Origin: Octopus sinensis
Lineage: Eukaryota
Length of the DNA stretch: 64,000 nt
NCBI RefSeq assembly: GCF_006345805.1
Contig: NC_043001.1
Span: 35,712,001-35,776,000, forward strand
Reading direction: 5' to 3'
Part shown: in pieces, positions 56,063-64,000 of the stretch
How the letters are laid out: each line of letters opens with the position of its first letter
How positions within the stretch are numbered: position 1 is the stretch's first letter
Notes under the pieces: generated by a model
Databases searched by the model: none
What the model was told of the DNA's origin: nothing
The model's input: the letters and a program-made list of their open reading frames with translations, nothing else
Position numbers and translations under genes: made by a program

Positions 56063-57738
56063 TCTATTTATTTATGTTGAAATTACATGAAATCAATTCC
56101 AATCCAGGAATGGGATATAATCTCATTGCACCCCTTCACCTAAAATGCGTAGTCCGTGACATTTATATTCCGTCGACGTTATCTTTCAGTGCCCCCTGAT
56201 CTCTATTTTTAAAATGTCGATAAAATAAATACCAAACATAATATCAGGTTCGATAGAAATCTATTGAAAAACCCTGGTAATTGGTGCTTACTAGTAATTT
56301 TATTGACTGCGATAAAAGCGGTGTCTAGTCACCATTTAACTGACTCAGAAAGACAAACTAAGTCCCCAGCAGGAGTCGAACTCAAAATAGCAAGGCACTA
56401 AACCGAATAACCGATAAAGAATTCAGTTCTCTTCGTTTCTGGCCGTCCCAAAACTTATCGCATCATCTTAACTGTCACGGCTATTACGACTGCCAAGAAT
56501 AACAACTCCATCAGCCCTACCATCACTGTCATCCTTAGCGCAATTATTACCACCACCACCACCACCGCCACCGCCGCCACCACCATTATCATCATCGTCG
56601 TCATCATCATCATCCATCACCATCATTATCATTATCGTCGTCATTCGTCATCATCTGTTATTATGGTACTATTATTTCGACCTAAATACCACTGACTATA
56701 TAAGGGCCAGATGTGTAACCAGGCATATTTAGGAGAGGAAATGTATTTTTCGACGCAGAAAATAAAACTGATCCCTTATTATGCAAACTTGGACTTATTG
56801 ACAGAAACAGAGAACTTTGATTAAGCTGCATTCCCGCAAAGAAAGGACCACATAAAAACACACACAAAAAAACGTTAAAAAAACATTAAACATAAAAAAA
56901 ATCCCACATTAAATGGCATAAAGAACAAGGAAAACAACAACAGCAGCAAAACCATGAAACCATTCCCATGGAACAAGAACAAAAAGCTTACAATACATAA
57001 TAAAATTTTAATTTAAAAACGATTCTTAAATAACAGCCATATCTAATTTAGGCCTAATACGGAATGTGTTATATCACATGGTATGCAATCTTGAACTGAA
57101 TGTACTGAGGTATAAAGATATTCATGTTTCACGAAGCAAGCTGTTTAAATATATATTTGGAATAGAAGAGGTTGAACGTGCGATATTTAATCGCGTCTAA
57201 GACAGAAATTTACATTTTACATTTCGTTGTGGTTCACACGATAAACAGAAATCGAGATATGTACAAATTAAGTTACAACACGAACTCTCTTTGACATAAT
57301 TGATTTGAAATTGAGACTATTACCCGATAGGTTCTGTTTTCTTAAGGAATTAATTTAAAATAATTTCGTGTAAATCGAGGATTTTTTCCTCCTTGTATTC
57401 GCGCGTCGGTACAATACGATAAAAAAAGCCGGGGGATTTCTTTGAAATTTTAGAAACTGTTTTAACGTGTGCGTGTATATATATATATATTATCCTTCGA
57501 AACGTAGAGTAGATGAAACCTTAGCGACTGAAGAAGGGGATTTTTCGTTGTGCTTATTGTCCTGTATCTCTTTTTTTCTTTTTTGCTTGTCCTGTTCCTT
57601 GGTTTGTGTCTATGTTTTTCGTCTCTCTATGTGTTCGACGTCTTTTTGGTGTCCTGTACACATATATGCGTGTATATGTACATGTAGAGGTAGGTACGTA
57701 CATATATGTTTATATATATGCATATGTTCTATTTTATT

Positions 57739-57782
<44 letters not shown>

Positions 57783-57829
57783 TATACATATATATATACA
57801 TATATATACATATATATACATATATACAC

Positions 57830-57880
<51 letters not shown>

Positions 57881-57893
57881 CACACACACGCAC

Positions 57894-57934
<41 letters not shown>

Positions 57935-58176
57935 CATGCATGTGTGTATGTTTGTGTGAATTTGTGTGTCTATGCCCCTCCCCGGTATCGCTTGACGACC
58001 GATGTTAGAGTGTTTACCTTCCCGAAACTTAAAGGTTCGGCAAAAGAGACCAATAGAATAAATGCTACGCTTGCAAAGAATAAGTTCTGGGGTCGGTGTG
58101 TTTGACTAAAGGCAGTGTTCCAGCATGGCCGCAGTCAAATGACTGAAACAAGTAAAAGAATAAAAACAATAAAAGA

Positions 58177-58254
<78 letters not shown>

Positions 58255-59469
58255 AGCCTTATGTCAATCAAGAAAACTATGGTTAACTCTTTTCCAGCAC
58301 ATCAAATTTAAGACGGCCAGGAGTGATTTGTGGGACTGTTGGCTTTAATTTCTAGCATACCAAGTGACACATCGATGCTCGTTCGTAGGCCTGCATATAT
58401 GCATGCATTTTTTACTTTGCTGTATCTTAAGTATCCTAAATTCTATATTTAGCCTTTAAAAAAATTGTCAGAAAAATATCTCGAGGTATTTGTTCCAGTA
58501 GTTTGTCTTACCTCTCTTCAAGGTCGGTAAAATAAAGTCTATGTCAAGTGGTAAAGACTATAAAAATGTCTCACTCGTCTGCCAATATTTCAAGCCATGT
58601 GTTAATCTTACATAGTGGCTGTGTGGTAAGTAGTTTGCTTACCAACTACGTGGTTCCAGGTTCAGTCCCACAGCGTGGCACCTTGGGTAAGTGTCTTCTA
58701 CTATAGCCTCAGGACGACCAAAGCCTTGTGAGTGGATTTGGTAGACGGAAACTGAACGAAGACCATCGTATATATGTATATATGTGTGTATGTATGTTTG
58801 TGTGTCTGTGTTTGTCCCCCAAACATCGCTTGACAACCGATGCTGGTGTGTTTACGTCCCCGTAACTTTGCGGTTCGGCAAAAGAGACCGATAGAATAAG
58901 TACCTAGGCTTACAAAAAATAAATCCTGGGGTCGATTTTCTCGACTAAAGGCGGTGCTCCAGCATGGCCGCTGTCAAATGAAATAAAAGAGTAAAAGAGG
59001 GAAGTGGAGGCGATTCGAGCTGGCAGAATCGTCAGCGCTTCCAGATATTTAATTTTTGAGTTTAAATTCCAGAGATCAATTTTCCCTTTCATTCCTCTAG
59101 GGTCGATGAAATAAAGTACTAGTCAAATACTTGTGTCGACGGTAAGAACTAATCCTACCTCTCAACGTGGTTGGCTTTGTCCCCAAATCAGAAACAAGGG
59201 TTTGCAGAGATTAGTTATCTTTCATCATTGTTGCGTTGATATAATAAATGCTAGGTATGAACTTGTTAAAAAATACTTAAACCATTTGGGATATTTTGTG
59301 TACCTTCCAGAGTCCAAATCTATCCATCCCTTTGAAGTAGATAAATGAAATTGATTGCTCTCATTTCCTAAAGGTGAGCCTGTGGCTTTTACACACAATT
59401 GTATTTCTTTCGTTATTGTTCCCTCAACCTACAGCTTAATACAGAAGAGAACAGTGGTTACAAACTTAC

Positions 59470-59609
59470 CGGATCGATAGGGACATCATTTCGCGTCCAA
59501 AATATTGTGGTCACTGGGTACGGAGTTGCAATTACTTTGCATGAGAAGCTAACACTCATGTCTTCGCTAACTGTGCGTGGCTGGGGAACTTTGGTGATGA
59601 TTGGTGGAA
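59470..59609 (-). CDS. PTK7: PTK7/otk-like coding exon: N-half of Ig5 (VPPIITKVPQPRTVSEDMSVSFSCKVIATPYPVTTIFWTRNDVPIDP)
   Basis: TTTCAG acceptor, CCG|GTAAGT donor; I-set Ig N-half with Cys and Trp; 140 nt, phase 1 to 0. Not in the ORF track. Confidence 0.9.
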
Positions 59610-60077
59610 CTGAAATGAATAATAAAATATAAAATTATATTACATAAAACAAAATACTTACACGCTGATTGGGGAACTCAAAACTGTATATGGACTTTGT
59701 GAAAATCTCCACCCACCAACTTTCCGAAATTATGTATTTTTAGGGAAATTGATGATTTGTTTTCTTGGTGGAAAATCATCGTTATCAATGCTTTGTCTAC
59801 ATTATTTAAAACAAATTATGCTATTTAAAGATAAAAATATAAAACCATGAGAATATCAGTCCTTGTCCAACTAATGAAAGAAACTAATTAGATACCTACA
59901 CAGTACTCATGTGGATATGATTAAGAAACTGCTATTTTTATAAATAATGTTTATGAGTACATTTGAGGTTTACAGTCTGAATCACACGCTGTATTTCAAA
60001 ATGCTCAAAATTATAAGAATACACTGCATTAGACCGAGAACTACATGCGTGATTGTATATATTTAGAAAATTTTAAG

Positions 60078-60470
60078 GGGGCGAGCTGGCAGAAACGTTA
60101 GCACGCCGGGCGAAATGCGTAGCTGTATTTCGTCTACTGTTACGTTTGCCTTTCATCCTTTCTGGGTCGATTAAATAAGTACCAGTTACGCACTGGGGTC
60201 GATATAACCGACTTAATCCGTTTGTCTGTCCTTGTTTGTCCTCTCTGTGTTTAGCTCCTTGTGGGTAGTAAAGAAATAGAAATAGTTATTTCGTCTGCCG
60301 TTACGTTCTGAGTTCAAATTCCGCCGAGGTCGTCTTTACCTTTCATCCTCCCGGGGTCGATAAATTAAGTACCAGTTACGCACTGGGGTCGATGTAATCG
60401 ACTTAATCCCTTTGTCTGTCCTTGTTTGTCCCCTCTATGTTTAGCTTCTTGTGAGCAATAAAGAAATAAG
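60078..60470 (+). mobile_element. SINE family B dimer
   Basis: Head GGCGAGCTGGCAGAAACGTTAGC, then two body units joined by AAGAAATAG...TATTTCGTCTGCCG. Confidence 0.85.
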
Positions 60471-61521
60471 AAATTCTTTTGAATATTCAGCAAAATATTT
60501 CATATAATTTCAAACGTACTGGTGTTTAATTTTTTCTTAAAATCCAGTCATTAGTTTCACATCAGTCGCCTCCCATCACTCTTTGCCTTAAAAATACTAG
60601 CCTCTGCATATCATTTATGCAAATCATAACTATTTATAAAAGATTTAATAGTAAATTTTAATTTACTTTATCCTCGAGATATTTGAAAGTTAAAAATAAT
60701 AACGTCTTCAAACAGACAGCGGCAGTGTCGAATAAACGTACGATATTGCCAGTCATCAAAATGTGATTCGTTTTAATCGGCAGATTTTCTTTTACATCCG
60801 GTGGTAGGAGAGATAAGTCAAGTCATTTGGATATTCGTAGAACGGCCGGCGGCAACAGCAAGCGCCTAATTAAATAAGTAAGACGTTAATGTAGGGAAGC
60901 CGGAAGTAGAAGAGGCAGCTATAGCGTCAGCAGTAAGTGATCGACATGTGTAGGACATGAGAGAGAAAGTTTTACCCGAACCATTGCTAGAAGTGATTGC
61001 AATTATCGAGGCGTATTCGGTGGATCGATTTCTATTAGTATGCGTAACTACATACCTCTGTTCTTTCTATCAGAAGGTATTGCTGTCATTTAGGATTTGA
61101 AAGCATCGTTTGCCATAGTAATTAAAGACTTTTTAATAACCCTATTTCTTTTTCAGCTTCATTTCTCCTTGGAAAATATTAGCATTATGATATAAAGACA
61201 ACCAAACAAGAAAAGAGCATTAGTAAAGGTAACGCCGTCGACGACTGCAGACTCAGCAGCAGCAGCGGTAGTAGAAGCGATAGCAGCATTAGCACCTGTA
61301 GCCATGGTAACAATTTCAGTCGCAACAGTATAAAAATATTGTCTTTTTATGGTGGCAGCGCTTGCTACAATATTTCAAAATGTTTCACAATTTATTCTCG
61401 TTGTTGCAGATTTCCAGCACTATGAATCAGCATCTGATCTGATCGTTCAGACTTTTTTCATTAAAGGTGCCCGCGCCACGATCGTGTTTTGCAGGTATGA
61501 TATATCTAGGACAACATTACA

Positions 61522-61961
61522 GGATCTTTACCTTTTGAACGGCAGATGTCAACACAATTTCTAGTTAATTAAACACTTTTAAACTTCGTATACTGGTAGA
61601 ATGTGTTTATAAAACATTTTTCTTGGCTTTATCGAGAAAATAAAAGGGGTGTGGTTAGGTTTAGGGGTGGGGGAAGGGTATCTTTTTTCTTCGCAAATGT
61701 AAATAAACCCAATCTGTTTCTTAAACAAGGGACATATTCATACAGCACGGAATCTTTTCACCCCAAATGGAGGTGAGCGATTGGTTAAAATTGCCGAAAT
61801 GCTCGATTTTAAAGTGGAAATATGTTACAACATATAGAATTTTCTCAATAAAGCCAAGAAAAATGATGTTTTATAAACACATTCTACCAGTATACGAAGT
61901 TTAAAAGTGTTTAGTTAACTAGAAATTGTGTTGACATCTGCCGTTCAAAAGGAAAAGATCC
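61522..61961. mobile_element. MITE with ~120-bp terminal inverted repeats
   Basis: 61522-~61641 is a near-perfect reverse complement of ~61837-61961 (GGATCTTTxCCTTTTGAACGGCAGATGTCAACACAATTTCTAG...). TSD not clear. Confidence 0.85.
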
Positions 61962-63688
61962 ACGTTACATTCTAAAAGATGGTCTCAAGTGACACAAATG
62001 GCGATGTGGATTTCCAGTGTGCCTATATCTCGGGTCTCTTGTTAATTAGCTCAACCTGCAGTATCTTGACAGATACCGATTCAGGCTGTAGATTTAGAAA
62101 TTACCGGATTAGCGAACAATTAGCAGTATGTTCCGAAATTGTATTCAAGTCGCGGATGGAATCGACTTCTCTTTTCGTCATTAAGGATGTACTAATTAAT
62201 ACCAGATGAACTAACCTCACTGTGTATTTTCATTCCATACTATTACTAATAATGTAAATCCTCATTAGTTTATTAATAACCTTGTTCTACAAATTTTTTA
62301 ACCATTTGTTGCCAATGATGGAAATCGTCATCGCCGCCATCATCGCCGTCGTCGTCATCATCGTCATCATCATCATCCCTATCAGCACCATCATTATGGT
62401 TTTTATTAACGATATAATCAACTCTCCTATATTCCCGATCCAGTTCCTATTTCAGAAACCGAAGTACTAGAGCCGGTTTAATTGACTATGCATTCACCCC
62501 CGCCCCAAACAGACAGTTCTTATACCAATGTTAGACAATATATAGGAGTGATGGGTTGGTAGAATCGTTAGAACACAGGAAAAGAAATCTAATCAGTATT
62601 TAACTAAATGTCTTTATATTCTGAGTTCAAAACGTGCTGGGGCAATTTTGCATTTCACTCTGGATAAAGTATGTTTGTCAAGAACTTCTTGGGTCGCTTT
62701 GTCAAGAACTTCTTGGATCGCTAATATCTTCTATGTCCATCCACTGAATTTGCAACCTTGTTAGAGATGATGACGATGATGATGATCATCATCATCTTGT
62801 TCTTATTATTACTAATGGAAAACGACATATAGCAAAAGCAATTGATCAGGTATTACCGTAGCTGATACTACAAGAAAAAAAAATTACACGTGCATATTAC
62901 ATGCAGCCCAACATTATCAGCGCTTAACCATAACAAAAAATTTTCCGTGCATTAAAATTTATAGAGAGGGTCAACTTTCACATACAGGACCCGAAGTGAT
63001 TTTTGGTGACATTTGAAGGGTAGAAAAAAAGAGGAAAGAACAAAACAAAAACATGTTATATGTCATCAGATACGGTTATTTTTTATGTTGAGAAGTCAGA
63101 GTTCATATTTCGTTTCTCAAGGCAATGTGTTTCACTCAGGAAAAAAAACAAAAGTCTGCATTCCTATTGCTAAAATCACACTGTGTAACAAAATTTTTCG
63201 TTTTTTCCCCCCTTTTTTCTTGCCTTTGGTCAGAAGTGTTATTTTCTATTTGGTTCTGTCAACATATCAAAGGCAATGACTACTATTCCCTTCACATATA
63301 TCCTTCACACTTTGCTTTTGTGACCGGAAAAATCAATGTTTGAAACTAACCTGTTTTCTATTACATTTGAGACAGATCGCTATAGCAAACATTCTGCTCA
63401 ATACCACAGATTTGTTTATCAGTTGCTTGACCATAACCATTTGAGCATGTCCCTTAGTGGCTGACGATATGTGCATCTCTGATCACGAGCAGAAGTAGTG
63501 GGGGAAGCATTAAGACATGTGTTAAGGGGGGATTCTTTGGGGGTTGAATAAATGCAACAAAAGCAAAGTTTGAAGAAAATATTAGCCATTTTTCATAATT
63601 TCTAGGGGGTGAGCAAATAGGAAATAACAGTTTCTACCCAAGGACAAAAGTAGTCTTACATTGAGTAATCAAGGGAATCAGTAATTAC

Positions 63689-63855
63689 CTGAAATCATGA
63701 TCCAGATGTTTTGTTTTTTCTCGCCAGCAGAGTTACTCATTATACATGTATAGTTGCCTGTATCAATTTCTTCTGGATCTTCGAAAACAAGAGTACTGTC
63801 TTCCACTCGAATCATACCCATTTCACCAATTGGCATGTTGTTTCTATTTAACCAC
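63689..63855 (-). CDS. PTK7: PTK7/otk-like coding exon: C-terminal half of Ig domain 4 (WLNRNNMPIGEMGMIRVEDSTLVFEDPEEIDTGNYTCIMSNSAGEKKQNIWIMIS)
   Basis: Manual reverse-complement translation; polypyrimidine tract + AG acceptor, G|GTAATT donor; Ig W...D-x-G-x-Y-x-C motif; 167 nt, phase 2 to phase 1, joins next exon in frame (G+TT=Val). Not in the ORF track. Confidence 0.88.
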
Positions 63856-64000
63856 CTTAAAAAAAAAATAGAGAGAAATCACGTGTAAGCGAATTTTGAA
63901 CACAGATTCGTAGACACTCAATACAACAGGTGAAATGATAAGGGGGTAAAAAATTGTGAGAAAATACAGTTTATTCCATATTCAGTCACTGAGTTATGGC

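Noticed and set aside
57496-57530. CTTCGAAACG...CTGAAGAAGGGG as a permuted (type II) hammerhead
   Set aside because: Helices I and III cannot be formed.
59270-59380. Minus-strand frame containing DSGRYT (and DYGVYT at ~52500) as a possible extra Ig exon
   Set aside because: No Cys after the Tyr motif and no consistent splice sites; the real Ig5 C-half exon is at 42183-42330.

Overview
AT-rich, microsatellite- and SINE-dense animal genomic DNA. The repeat families suggest a coleoid cephalopod (Octopus-like); this is an inference from recalled SINE families, not a database hit. The window lies inside one large minus-strand gene, a PTK7/off-track-like receptor pseudokinase. I reconstructed 8 coding exons by hand (63689-63855, 59470-59609, 42183-42330, 38861-39127, 30840-30991, 14528-14648, 10167-10340, 7929-8177; 1,418 nt). 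All have GT-AG boundaries and join in one open frame encoding Ig4(C-half)-Ig5-Ig6-Ig7-TM-juxtamembrane up to the first Gly of the kinase G-loop. The other exons were not found and probably lie outside the window. Introns (2-17 kb) contain three decayed or deleted mariner elements, MITEs, RLE-type and L1/Tx1-type LINE remnants, at least four tRNA-derived SINE families, microsatellite-bounded tandem duplications and long (TA)n/(GATA)n tracts. The most notable unexplained signal is a set of type I hammerhead-ribozyme (HHR) motifs with palindromic or near-palindromic helix III. Two of them form a tandem pair 675 nt apart in the SENSE orientation of the PTK7 pre-mRNA (29082-29142, 29757-29823), each inside a ~145-bp element sitting in (TA)n. 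Two more well-formed motifs (31205-31281, 17235-17287) and several degenerate ones are also present. Ribozyme activity is untested. No prokaryotic features or CRISPR arrays were seen; most ORF-track entries are microsatellite or antisense artefacts.
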